Shown here: positions 25,570 to 37,834 of the stretch, piece by piece
How the letters are laid out: the number at the start of each line of letters is the position of its first letter
Position numbering within the stretch: position 1 is the first letter of the stretch
Assembly: GCA_951406725.2 (NCBI GenBank)
Contig: OX597833.1
Location: 26,226,001 to 26,290,000, forward strand
Reading direction: 5' to 3'
DNA from: Octopus vulgaris
Taxonomy: Eukaryota
Length of the DNA: 64,000 nucleotides
Notes under the pieces: generated by a model
What the model was told of the DNA's origin: nothing
Databases searched by the model: none
The model's input: the letters and a program-made list of their open reading frames with translations, nothing else
Made by a program: the position numbers and the translations under genes

Positions 25570-25802
25570 CGTGACGTATATTTGCCATTTCAATATGGCT
25601 ACCCCTAAGGGTGGATGCTACTGTAGTTTATATATATATAGGGAGGGTATTATTAATGTACCATCACGAGTGGTAAGCGAATTATCAGCCGTACAGGCAA
25701 ATTAATAAAATATATACATACAATATTAGATATGTATATATATATATACACAAGGGTACTACATGAGTACCTATATCGCTAAAGATAGAAGACAAAAAAG
25801 AG

Positions 25803-25875
<73 letters not shown>

Positions 25876-27006
25876 AAAAATATATGTATGTATGTATATT
25901 ATATGTATATACTTTCATATGCACATGTGCACCCACGTATACAGAAATAATGTTGGAATGGAGAATCTATAAACATCACACACACACACACACATACACA
26001 TTTATACATATGTAAATTTATATACACTTAGCTTCCAATTGACACAAATATTTCTACAAACATTTCCCATATTCGAAAAAGCTATTTTCCCTAATATATT
26101 TTGCATCAATGAATATGCGTTGTGTATATGTACGTCTCTGTGCATATGCGTCTGCGTGTGTATATATCTATATGTCTAGTATTCTTGGGATCAATTTGTA
26201 GCAGCGTATTCAAAAGATGAATGACTGATGACTGCCGCATTGAATGGGTATTGTGTCTGTGTGTTTGAGAGCATGTGTATGTATGGGCATTTCTGTATAT
26301 ATCAGAATATGCGATATTGAGTGAATGTGTCTCAAACTGCATATATGGGTGTGTTTGCATGTGCGTATCTCTATATATGGTTATGTCACTGAATGCGAGT
26401 GTGCTGGGCAATTTTCATACGGCTGTGAGCATGCGTCTTCTTTACATTTGTGTGATTCTGTCTGTGCGTGTGTTAGACCGTAGATGCACTTGTATATACC
26501 TGTCGCATGTGTATTATTCTATGCGTACTTTTGCTTACCTCGCGTATGTATGCGTAGGCCGCAGAATATCTATGTATGCGCTTGTATGCGTGTGTGTAGC
26601 TGTATTATTCTCTTGACGAGATATTTGCAATGCTAGGAAGGAAATAACACTCGCCAAGATCTATACAGAATAGCGTCTGCACTAACAAAGAACATAGGTA
26701 TACTGGTATACTAATTTGCTATAGTATAGTTGTAGTCTACAGGTGCTACTATACGCTCAACTGTCGCGCTTCTATTATTCCAATGATATGTATTATATCG
26801 TAATGTGAATCGTGTTGTTACTTTGTAGCTGCTGTTGTTATTGTTGTTGTTGTTGTTCTCCTTCTTGCTCTTGTTGTTCAGACACAGCTCAGACCTTATA
26901 TCTGATACGTTTTATCAAGGACCTCAAAATAGTGGCCAACCAACATTTATTGATTTATTTTTACATTTATTTAATTATTCGTTTATTTCTTTTTATTCTC
27001 CTATTC

Positions 27007-27432
27007 TTTTATTTGTTTCAGACATTTGAATGCAGCCATGCTGGAGCACATCTTTGAAAGATTTTAGTCAGACAAATCGACCCCAGGACTTATTTTTAAA
27101 GCCTAATCCTTATTCTTCTCAACCAATTTTATCGAACCGCTAAGTTACGTAGACGTAAACACACCAACACCGGCTATCAAGCGGTAATGGGAGGACAAAA
27201 AGACAAAAAGACACATGTACACATAGATATATGCATAAACATATACACATAAATATATGCAAACACACACACACACACACACACACATAACGGACTTCTT
27301 TCAGTTTCCGCCTAACAAATCCACTCAAAAGGCGTTGGTTGGGCCGAGGCTATAGGAGAAGACACTTACGCAAGGTGCACCGCAGTGGGACTGAACCGAA
27401 AACCATGTGGTTGGGGAGCAAGCTTCTTAGCA
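27007..27432 (-). mobile_element. SINE family S2
   Basis: Minus strand AAGAAGCTTGCTCCCCAACCACATGGTTTTCGGTTCAGTCCCACTGCG head, internal (TG)n, 3' GTGCTCCAGCATGGCTGCA...CTGAAACAAAT. Confidence 0.78.
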
Positions 27433-27804
27433 ATATATATTTGTTTATTCGTCCATCGTGATATAGAGTATCTAGAACTACATTTACCAGACCGTCTTTA
27501 AAATTTTGATGAAAAGATTTGGTTCGTATTTCGTACAAAATGTATTAGCGCTATCATTGATTGGAATACGCATATATGCGTATACATATACACTGATGCA
27601 AATATATGTATTCACGAGTGTGTATGTAAATAAAACATCGCAAAAACGGAAACTCAGTTCCACGTTCCCTTTCGTCGAGCAATTGTGATCAAGAATGTTT
27701 TTGCAGCTTTAATAAAAAAAAAAGCATATTACTCTCCCTCCGATATTCTAGTAGCATTTTTATCCACCTTGATTCGCTTACTCATGTGTGTGTGTGTGTG
27801 TGTG

Positions 27805-27872
<68 letters not shown>

Positions 27873-27893
27873 CATAATAATAATAATAATAAT

Positions 27894-29857
27894 TTCCCTG
27901 TGATTTCAAACTTCCTGAAGCACAATATGTCGTTGTGGAATACGAATCTCCAATTATACCACTCTAATGGAGTACTTGCCTCAGAAAATATAAACATCAA
28001 CTGTGGATTTTTCAAGGTGACTCACTTTCACCTTTAATATTCTGCATAGCCCTAATACCCCTTACAAGTGAATTAAACAGAACAGGGTATGGGTATAAAA
28101 TTGCCAATAAAAAAATAAGCCATCTATTTTATATGGATGACTTAAAACTTTATGGTAAAGACAATAATGAACTTGAAGGCCTATTGCGCACCGTGAAAGC
28201 ATTCAGCGATGACATCGGGATGGAGTTTGGACTTGAGAAGTGTGCCAAGGCCACTTTCCAGAAAGGGAAAGTGAAGACCACAAATTCAGTCGTGTTAGAT
28301 GTTGACACAGTCATAAGAGAGCTTGAGCAAGAACAAACATACAAATATTTAGGGATATATGAAGGCTCTGGTATTCAGCATGCAAGCATGAAAGAGAAAA
28401 TCAGGAAGGAATGTTATAGGAGAGTTCGTGCAGTCCTGAAATCTGAACTAAATGCACGTAACAAGGTGTTAGCTATAAATTCCTTAGCAGTTCCAGTTGT
28501 TACTTATAGCTACAATGTGTTGAACTGGAATATGAGTGAAGTAAAGAATATAGATAGGAAAATACGCAAGCTGCTGAGTTGTAATAGGATGCACCACCCA
28601 AAGGCAGACGTAGATCGCCTTTACCTTCCAAGAGCCCAAGGAGGTCGAGGCATGATCCAATTTGAACTAGCTTACAAAACAACCACAATTGGACTGGCCA
28701 AATATCTCGAAATATCGAATAACTGGATGCTAAAGCTCGTGGAACATCACGAGAGACGAAAGAAGCTTCATTCTATCATAAAGGAAAGCAAAAAATTTGC
28801 TATTGATCTCGTGCAGGATACCCAAACTGAACAACCCGAGGGAAGTACGGCAACTATTGTTGCAAAGAAGGTGAAAATGATGGCAATGAAAAAAGCGCAC
28901 GAGCAATTGGCTGATAGGTGGGAGGAGAAACCTCTGCACGGCAAATATGTGACCCGCAGCAAACAAGCTGATGTTGACCTGAAGCAAACCCATCAGTGGC
29001 TACGGAGCTCAGGGCTAAAATCAGAGAGCGAAGGTTTCATCCTGGCTGCTCAAGATCAAAGCCTATTAACCCGGAACTACCAGGCCAATGTGATGAAAAA
29101 TGGAGCAGACCCAAAATGCCGATTCTGCAACGACATGATTGAAACAGTGGACCACCTAATCTCTGGATGTAAAGTCTTAGCACCAGTGGAGTATAAATTA
29201 AGACATGACAGAGTTGGCCAATATCTCCACTGGCTAATAAGTCGGCATTACAATATCAAAACTGCCGACAAGTGGTATAATCACCACCCTGAGGCTGTAA
29301 CTGAAGGAGAAAATGTAACCATTCTGTGGGACTTTCCAGTACATACAGACCGAACCATCAAGGCCAATAAACCAGATATTGTTGTGAAAGACCAAAACAA
29401 TAAAGTTTGCTTATTGATCGATATGAGCATCCCTGTGATCATAATATCTCAGCGAAAGAGTTTGACAAGCTCAGAAAATATAAAGACCTACTCATTGAAA
29501 TTGAGAAAATGTGGCATCTCAAGGCGGTTACAATACCAGTGATCGTAGGAGCACTAGGAATGATCAAGAAGGGAACCGAAAATTATATGAGAATGATCCC
29601 TGGCTTACCATCCCTGCAAGAAGTGCAAAAGATTGTCTTAACTGGTACATCACACGTATTGAGAAGAGTATTGTCGATGTGAGAACTGTTGCTGCTCATG
29701 TATTTTAATTTAACTTAAAAAAAAATTTTTTTTTAAATGAACGAACTACTGAGTTTGGTTTAATGGCCTACCAATGTATACTATGAGTTTCTTTGCCCTA
29801 GGAGTCGGGAAGACACTCGGCAAGAAATGGAAGCAAATTTGAAAGAAGAAAAAAAAG
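27894..29857 (+). mobile_element. 5'-truncated R4/Dong-clade non-LTR retrotransposon inserted in a (TAA)n microsatellite
   Basis: RT motifs QGDSLSPLIFCIAL (from 28013, in frame with 28133) and LFYMDDLKL; CCHC finger CRFCND..ETVDHLISGC; RHD; REL endonuclease KPDIVV...LIDMSIP; A-rich 3' end. (TAA)n upstream (27809-27893) and downstream (29858-29893). Confidence 0.92.
28013..29682 (+). pseudogene. Reverse transcriptase + restriction-like endonuclease ORF of the Dong-like element, frameshifted near 28010 and 29432
   Basis: ORF 28133-29542 carries the RT C-terminus, CCHC and PD..D motifs. The C-terminus (KEFDKLRKYKDLLIEIEKMW...IPVIVGALG...QKIVLTGTSHVLRRVLSM*) continues in another frame (29407-29682). 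Confidence 0.88.
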
Positions 29858-30416
29858 TAATAATAATAATAAAAATAATAATGATAATAATAAAATGTAG
29901 CAGCAAATGCATGAAACCTCGATATTAGAGAAATAGATTATTTATATATGTAACAGATCGTCATTATAGTACTCTGAGTTTGGAATTATGGAGTGAAGAG
30001 CTACTATACATTCTTGTCGGCTGTTAATGGCAACAGAGGCAACGAAAAACCGTTAAATAAAAGGGAAATAACTCTAATAGATGAAAATGCAAAAAAAAAG
30101 ATGAAAATATATAAAAATTTATAATATATATATATAATATACACACAACCATATTCGCACAACATATAGACATAAACATCCTGCGTTCACAACGTCTACA
30201 TACGTACATACTCACAAAAACATGAATACGTACATGCACATACAAACTAACATATATATATGTATGAGCTCATACACACATATAAACACACGCACACATG
30301 TATGTATGTGTGTGTGTGTGTCTGTGTGTGTGTATCTGTGTGTGTATGTGTGTGTGTACATATATACGCAACCTCATCCTCACATACAGATAGGTGCTTA
30401 CATGCATACACGTAAC

Positions 30417-30588
<172 letters not shown>

Positions 30589-30671
30589 CAGACAGATAGA
30601 CAGACAGATATAAATAGATATATTACATTTCTAAATATCCCAGAGAGATATATGCAGTAATGGTACGATAG

Positions 30672-30940
30672 AGTAGTTGTATACTGTCAACTTAATGTGA
30701 CAGTCCCATGAAGGGAATTACACTACTGCTATTTAGCCCTTGATGACGAGCAAAGACTCCGAAACTAGTCTTTGACTGTAGGGCTAGCTAGGTGGAGGTA
30801 CATATCTCCCCCTTTTAAACATAAGGACACAGGAATTGTGTCAAGGCCGACAGGAAGCGTTGCTGCTTCCTAGGGCTAAATTGCAGTAGTGTGTTTCCCT
30901 TCATAGTACTGTCACATTAAGTTGACAGTATATAACTACT
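30672..30940. mobile_element. Fold-back PLE-like unit with hammerhead core (30740-30770)
   Basis: Arms 30672-30740 / 30872-30940 (imperfect, ~69 bp). Spacer starts TTGATGA CGAG caaaga CTCC GAAAC TA GTC, with palindromic stem III ACTAGT and a GUC triplet. Confidence 0.7.
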
Positions 30941-31027
30941 TCCTCTCCCTCTCTCTCTCTCTCTCCCTCTCTCTCTCTTTCACTCTCTCTCTCTCTCTCT
31001 CTCCATATATATATATATATATGTGTG

Positions 31028-31330
31028 GATGCGCAATGGCCCAGTGGTTAGGGCAGCGGACTCGCGGTTTCGATTGCCAGACTCGCGGTTTCGATTGCCA
31101 GACCGGGCGTTGTGAGTGTTTATTGAGCGAAAACACCTAAAAGCTCCACCAGGCTCCGGTAGGGGGTGGTGATCCCTGCTGTACTCTTTCACCTCTCTTT
31201 CTCCCACTCTTTCTTCTGTTGGCCTGCTTCCTTAGCCAGCGGGGTGGCGTCATTCGAAGGCTAAAACAATGCGAACGCATTGTGACCAGCGATGTGTAAC
31301 TACATCTGATGGACTGGTCGGTCACGGTGA
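31028..31330 (+). mobile_element. tRNA-derived SINE with tandemly duplicated B box
   Basis: A box TGGCCCAGTGG; GACTCGCGGTTTCGATTGCCA present twice in tandem (21 bp); ends GGTCGGTCACGGTGA before (TA)n. Confidence 0.75.
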
Positions 31331-31338
31331 CGGATATA

Positions 31339-31388
<50 letters not shown>

Positions 31389-31390
<2 letters not shown>

Positions 31391-31540
31391 ACATCGAAAA
31401 ATACCTTAGGAATGAGAACCCAGATTCGAAATTTTCCCCAAGACACCTGATGAAAGCTGGAAGGTATATCAGCCGAAATGTTGTTTTAACAACGAACAAC
31501 TTGAGGACAAATATCCGTGAAATGTAAATAATGTAAATAC
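31389..31540 (+). mobile_element. Short PLE/retrozyme-like repeat with hammerhead motif (31444-31485)
   Basis: CAC CTGATGA A AGCTG...CAGCC GAAA TGTTG: core boxes and stem II GCTG/CAGC present; follows (TA)n. Confidence 0.6.
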
Positions 31541-32141
31541 ATTTAATATATTTTATATAATATTTTTAATCTTTTTTCTTTTTCCACTCTTCCCTTATAT
31601 TATGTTACTTCCCTTATATTAAACGTTTTTTTTTTTTTAGCGTCTGTTGCCATTAATAGCCGACGAGAATATATAATAACTCTCGGCTCACGCATTCGAA
31701 GCTCCGAGTACCCTAATGACAATCTTTTACTGTTTGTTCTAATTTATAACAAGTTAAAGATAATGGTCATTACATATCATTCCGTGTTTGGAGCCAATTT
31801 GTCTTGCATCTGTTTCCAGAAGTCATTATTGAAACAATACTTATAGGTTTATTCAATTGATCTATTGATCAATTGAGATAAATTGAAAGACGCAACAAAA
31901 TTAATGCTCCTTTTGTCAAAGCCATTTCTGGTTATAACAAGCAGAGCATTGAAGGAATAGCTATTGTGTGAGGTTGGTGGGAGAAGATGGGAGACAGGTT
32001 ACAAAGGTGTGAAAGTCGGTAAGAGAATGGTACTGGAGTCACTTACTAGAGGTAGAGGCATTTTATTGCCAAATTTGGAAGAAAAACATATTAGTTTTTG
32101 TAGTCAGGTCAGCACGCCTGACCATACTAGAATTGTATATA

Positions 32142-32302
32142 CGTGTAGGAGTGGGTATGTGATAAGTAGCTTGCTTACGAACCGCATGGTTCCGGGTTCA
32201 GTTCCACTGCGTGGCACCTTGGGCAAGTGTCTTCTGCTATAGCCTTGTGAGTGGATTTGCTTGAGAGAAACTGAAAAAAGCCCGTCTTATATATGTATAA
32301 AT

Positions 32303-32362
<60 letters not shown>

Positions 32363-32937
32363 CGGGAAGGTTTACGAAAATAAACAAAAGACGATGGCAG
32401 GTGGAGTACAAACAAACAAATGTATTAGTATGGCGCTCAGGAATAGAAATACAACTCTTTTAGGTTTCGAGCCTACACTCTTCGACAGAAAGATACACAG
32501 AAAAAAAAAACAAGGAGAGAAAAAAAATACGTGTAGGAGCTAACGATCCATCATGGCGTTCTGACTTCGGGCAGAGTTCAGAGGTCAGACGCTAGAGGGA
32601 CAGTAGGGGAGATAACAGGGTCAAGTGACTTCCAAATCGAAGGTGCCCCCAGCACAAAGGTGCGCGTGTGTATAAGAGAGTATGTATGTGCGTGTGAAAG
32701 AGGGCTGGTGGTCTGGACGTGTGTATGTGTGTATGTGTGGGTGTGGAGATGTGGGGATAGGTGTGTGGGTGGTGTGTTGTGATGTTATGTGTAATGTTCT
32801 ATGGTGTAGGATAGTGTGGTGTGATGTTGTGGGGAGGTGGGGGGCGAGAGTGGGGAAGGCCCAGGTGGGGTGTGGATTTGGCTGGGGGTTGGGGTAGAGT
32901 AGGGGTTGTGGGGAGAGTGAGAGGGGGAGAAGGAGGA

Positions 32938-32977
<40 letters not shown>

Positions 32978-33208
32978 AGTATGTGTATGTGTATATATTT
33001 GTGTGTCTGTGTTTGTTCCCCAACATCGCTTGACAACCGATGCCGGTGTGTTTATGTTCCCGTAACTTAGCGGTTCGGCAAAACCGACTGATAGAATAAG
33101 TACTAGGCTTACAAAGAATAAGTCCTGGATTCGATTTGCTCGACTAAAAGGCGGTGCTCCAGCATGGCCACAGTCAAATGACTGAAACAAGTAAAAGAGA
33201 GAAAAGAG
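32142..33208 (+). mobile_element. SINE family S2 interrupted by a nested PLE-like insertion
   Basis: Head 32142-32290, internal (TA)n, insertion 32364-32937, tail 32995-33208 (GGCGGTGCTCCAGCATGGCCACAGTCAAATGACTGAAACAAG). Confidence 0.8.
32364..32937 (-). mobile_element. PLE/retrozyme-like family A copy 2 (longer), variant hammerhead 32457-32492
   Basis: Minus strand CTTT CTGTCGA A GAGT gtag GCTC GAAAC CTA AAAG. Extra hairpin GCGTTCTGACTTC/GAGGTCAGACGC (~32557-32592). (TA)n on both sides. Confidence 0.65.
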
Positions 33209-33832
33209 TACAGAGGTTAGATGTTCTCCAGCAATTGCGTTAAAATTTGATATGGGCTTTTCTTGGTCATGGTCAGTCTGAGACAGTAATGTTCCGTTTC
33301 TAATCTAGCATAGTCGGGGAATAAGGTTAGAAAATGGAAGTTTACCAATAGTAGTCATATTGTGGAGGTCATGAATGCTCTCATTGTCAGGATATAAGTT
33401 CTGATAGATTTAGAGATATGGTTACAAATGAGATGATGTCACTTCAAAATTGTTGAAAACTAAATGTAAATTCTGGTTAACCTGATTAGTTAGGGATTCA
33501 AATTAAAATTAATAAAAGGGTTATGGATTAAAATTTTAGCTAAACTTCAATTTTCTAAATTTAGCATTAAAATAAACTAAGATATAGAGAATTAGAGGAA
33601 ATTTGCAGTGTAATGTGTTATACCAAAACAATTAAGATGAAGGTGACAACAGATTATATGATAATAAAAATAATAATACACAAATAATTATATATTACGT
33701 TATATAATTATATGTAAAATATAATTATATGTAAAATGGTCTTTTACATACTAAACACTACTTGGTAAAATTAGTTAATAATTAATTAGTTTTAGCCTTT
33801 TATTATTGACAAATACTTATATAAATATATTA

Positions 33833-34209
33833 TAAAGTATAGAAGCCATCTTATCATGGCTAACCACATTGGGGAGGGGGTGTTACTGTAGCTTTATAGC
33901 CCCAAGAGATCTTCGTCTCAAGCTGGCTTTAGACACAATATCTGTGTCCTTGGAGTATTTGCAAAGGGAAGCCATCCCTTCCTCGCAAGCCTGAGTGATA
34001 CGCTTGAACTAGTTTCGGGATTGTTGTCCCTCGTCAACGGGCGGTAACCACCAAGTAGCGATGAAAGAGAAGGCTCCTTTGCAAATAGATATAAGTTTTT
34101 ATAATGGCGTCTGCCACTGATGTCGAAAAACGAACAGTAAGCATAATTAAATCTCAGAATCTGCAAATAGATATAAGTTTTTCTATGATAAGATGGCTTC
34201 TATACTTTA
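33833..34209. mobile_element. Nested fold-back PLE-like unit with minus-strand hammerhead (34001-34040)
   Basis: Perfect 25-bp outer arms 33833-33857 / 34185-34209; inner IR 33956-33973 / 34072-34087; 21-bp direct repeat 34080-34100 / 34162-34182. Minus strand TTGACGA GGGA caacaa TCCC GAAAC TA GTT. Confidence 0.7.
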
Positions 34210-34365
34210 CATTATCGAGCGATTACTGTTTCAATCTCATTCTGACATTTAATTATGCTTATATAAATATAATATATATACATACATAGACATATACATA
34301 CACACACATACACACGCACACACGTACCCCCCCCCCACACACATATAAATATATATATATATATA

Positions 34366-34591
34366 GGGCGCCTAGCCGGCAGATTCATTAGTACGCCGAG
34401 CGAAATGCTTAGAGGCATTTCGTCTGCCGTTACGTTCTGAGTTCCAGTACCCACGAGGTCCATTTTGTCTTTCATCATTTGGGGGTCTATTAAATAAGTA
34501 CCAGTTACGCACCGTCGTCGATGTAATCGACTTTGTCCCTTTGTCTGTCCTTGTTTGTCGCCTATAAGTTTACCTCCCCACCCCGTGGGCT
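34366..34591 (+). mobile_element. SINE family S1
   Basis: ACGCCGAGCGAAATGCTTAGAGGCATTTCGTCTGCCGTTACGTTCTGAGTTC...TAAATAAGTACCAGTTACGCAC. Confidence 0.75.
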
Positions 34592-34622
34592 ATATATATA
34601 TATTTCTCTCTCTCTCTCTCTA

Positions 34623-34675
<53 letters not shown>

Positions 34676-35119
34676 GATTATTTGTGTTTTAAAGCTACCA
34701 TTGGTTTCATGATAAGAAAAATATCTTTATATTTAAAAAATATTTCAAACCGAACACATGGAGGAACGATATTTCTTTCCATTTTGGATGAAAATACAAG
34801 AAGTCTTGCGAAAAGAATGGAATTCACAAAAAATCTCGTAAAGGAAACAAAAAATCAAGGGGCTCTACTCTTCGATGACAACTTTTGTGTGATTATCTCC
34901 CCTTGGTTTGACATTTGGAAAAATATGTGTTAGATGATGAACTTGTTTGCCTTATATTATATTCTATATATATGTAGTATTCGTATTTTTGTGTACTGAG
35001 GGGGTTCATCAGAGGGGCACGTTTCTTCTATGTGTGGAGTTCATGTGTTATATATATTCAATGTTAACATTCAGGGAAAGAAAGTATCCTTGTGGGGTTG
35101 GCAGCGCGGGTAATGGTTC

Positions 35120-35545
35120 GTCTCTGAAGCGTCTGAGTGTGAAATATTGCCCGTGTATGCAGGGAGATGAGGGTTCATCCCTAATATTTAAGATGGTGTC
35201 TGTTGACTGTAGGATATTTAGCTTTTCAGTGATGCGGACCTCAAATTTGGTACTCCACCATCTGTATTTTCAGGTTTTATCAATGATGCTCCATGCTATC
35301 TGAGGGTTGCGTACTCTCTCTTCTTTCAATGTCCATAACATTTTGCATAGGAATGACACATGTCTTTTATTTTTATTCCTGAATGACGCCAGGTGTTGTG
35401 TGTATCTTTTCTTGACCGAGTTGCCCGTCATACCGATATACGTTTTATTACTCCGCTATGATCCATGATTTAGCACTTGCATATTAGTTCTTTTTCCAGA
35501 CAGTTATTTAGAGGACCGCAGTTTGGAGATCTACAACTTCCCCAA
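35120..35545 (-). pseudogene. Penelope-like element (Neptune-type) GIY-YIG endonuclease remnant
   Basis: Minus strand SCRSPNCGPLNNCLEKELICKC*.../NKTYIGMTGNSVKKRYTQHLASFRNKNKRHVSFLCKMLWTLKEE...IAWSIIDKT*...TEKLNILQSTDTILNIRDEPSSPCIHGQYF: Cys-rich linker, YIG (35432-35440), R..H..SF, WxLK, IxWxI, EK, LNxRxE..CxH. Confidence 0.85.
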
Positions 35546-35710
35546 TTATCACTCAGTGTTTCATGCAATCACTCATCAGACGGTTTACGAAAAAAGTTCG
35601 TTTCTAAGTTTTTGCTATTATGTATTCGTATATATACATATAGATGTAGGTATGTACATATATGTTTGGATATATGCATATATTTATATGTTATTTATAT
35701 TATATTATAT
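35546..35710 (-). mobile_element. pLTR-like segment with degenerate hammerhead (35546-35584) abutting the PLE endonuclease remnant
   Basis: Minus strand CTGATGA GTG attg CAT GAAA CACT g AGTG. 35600-35700 resembles the arm sequence at 2570-2645. Followed by (TA)n. Confidence 0.55.
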
Positions 35711-36505
35711 ATATATATATATATATGTATGTATATATTCATATAGCAATATGTTCACACACACACAGACGGAGTTGTTGTTATTCCTGTTTTTCTGGGA
35801 ACTCTGATGTTCATCAAAGGGATTTTAGTTATTTAATGCATTTGCCCTCTGAAGATGAATATGTACTTATCATTGTTGTTGTTTTTGTGGTAGTGTTGGT
35901 GGGAGGTGAGTTGCTGTCGATGTTATGTTGGTGGTGTTGATGCTGTTCGAAGTGGTCTCGTTCTGGTCTTTGTGATGTTGCTCTTCTTGCTTGGTGGCTC
36001 TATTGTAGGAGGGTACATGTTACAATGGAGAGCGTTAGCGTGAAGAGAGTTGTACGATATAATGGTGAACATGAAATACAAGTGACTAACGTAATCAAAC
36101 CCATATAAATACTAACCAAGTACACGCATGAATACACATACATACAAGAAGTCAACCACACTCAGGCACATACATACGCATACATACGCAAGCACGCAAA
36201 CACACTAATACACACTCAAATACCTTCAATAATAGAGGCATGTGCATATATATTTGTTGTGGCGAGAGTCATTGCCACCCCTGTGTGATTGGAAGAATGG
36301 AACAACCGATATCTTATAAAGAGTAGCGTATTGTTTGAGACAAAACAGTTGTAAGTATCGTGAACTTTTGGTTTTGACAATGTTTTTCTTGGTTACGTTA
36401 AAGTAATCGGTGATATTGTTAAAATTGTTAAAGGTCTCCCCTCGTAGGTGTACCACGTTTGTTCCTTGTTGAAATTCCTGTTTGTACAAATGAGTTTTTG
36501 TTGAA

Positions 36506-36700
36506 TTGTGCTTTTTCTTCCCATTTATGAGAGAACCGGCCAAAAGAAGTGTAATGGAGACTGAACCAGCGAAGAGCCACAGTTATGCGGCTGCAACTGG
36601 CAGAGGAATTGAAGTAGAAGATATGGAGGTTCGAGAAGTTAAAATTGAACCGAAAAAGTCGAAAGTGGTGCGCTGTCTGTTCTTGTATTGCTCCCTCTAT
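36506..36700 (+). mobile_element. Possible 5' fragment of a LINE ORF1
   Basis: MREPAKRSVMETEPAKSHSYAAATGRGIEVEDMEVREVKIEPKK: an SYAAA motif is common at the N-terminus of non-LTR ORF1 proteins. No further support. Confidence 0.3.
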
Positions 36701-37013
36701 GTATGAGCCTGAATGCGTAATAAAAGAAATAACAGTCGTAAGAGTAGTTGAGATTTTGTGGAAATCGTAGGAAGTCGTTGAAATCGTTGAGAGAGTTTCT
36801 ATTTATTGGAGTATTGTGTTTAGTGAAAGAAGTACGTATGAAGACAATTGTGTTTATCACCGCTTCGTGAAACAGAAGATCCAGCGTATAGAAGGATATA
36901 AACATATCAAATGCACTTAATTCATAACTGTTGTCATCTACACACGCATACGTAAACACATACTCGTACGCAAACAAGCACATACGCACATTAAACTGAC
37001 GTGCAGACATACA

Positions 37014-37232
37014 TGAGGTGGCGCTGAACATTTCCTATCATTACGGATATCGCGAAAGGCCTAGTTGGAAACCCGACCTTCCGAGTTCTACAGGGTTTAT
37101 ATATATGTCCTTAAGGACACTTAAGGACCACTGCAATAAGAGTGTGAATCTGAGAGAATTGGTTGAAATAAATTGTAACTAGCTGGCCCTCCTATATTTT
37201 CATTTACCCAAAGCCAGGAACTTTTCAGTAAG
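37014..37232 (+). mobile_element. Mariner-derived MITE (decayed copy)
   Basis: Reverse-orientation homolog of 41117-41333 (CGCGAAAGGCCTAGTTGG...GACCTTCCGAG...TACAGGG...AAAGCCAGGAACTTTTCAG). Confidence 0.6.
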
Positions 37233-37748
37233 TCTTAGTTCAGAGTTGTAGGCATTTACATCAACAGTAAACACATCGAGGTAACAACCAAATATCTTAA
37301 TTGATGAGAGAACATCAGTGTGGTGGTGTAAACAGCTAGAAATAACAACCGAATCTCAACTAGCAGGACTCAAATCACACATAAATATCTTTACCTTCTG
37401 GTGAAAGTTGACATATAAATACTTACTCTATAAAGAATAAAAGTAAAGGAGAAAGAAAAGTTTACGCTATATTCGTAGCTTAGAAATCTTAAAACGTCTG
37501 CTGGATCTGAACCTACCATTAACAAACGCACTAACGATTAGTTTTTCACATCTCTCATTATTTATTATACGTATATACATGTGTTTGTGTATGTGTCAGT
37601 GTGTGTGCGTGTGTGTGTGCGCTATTGACATAGAAAATACCGATGTTCAAGTTCACACAGCACAAAAGAAATTATGTTATAGGTCACACATAACCTCCAG
37701 CTACGTATAAAACAAATACATCTGTATACACACACTCGTACACACACG

Positions 37749-37834
<86 letters not shown>

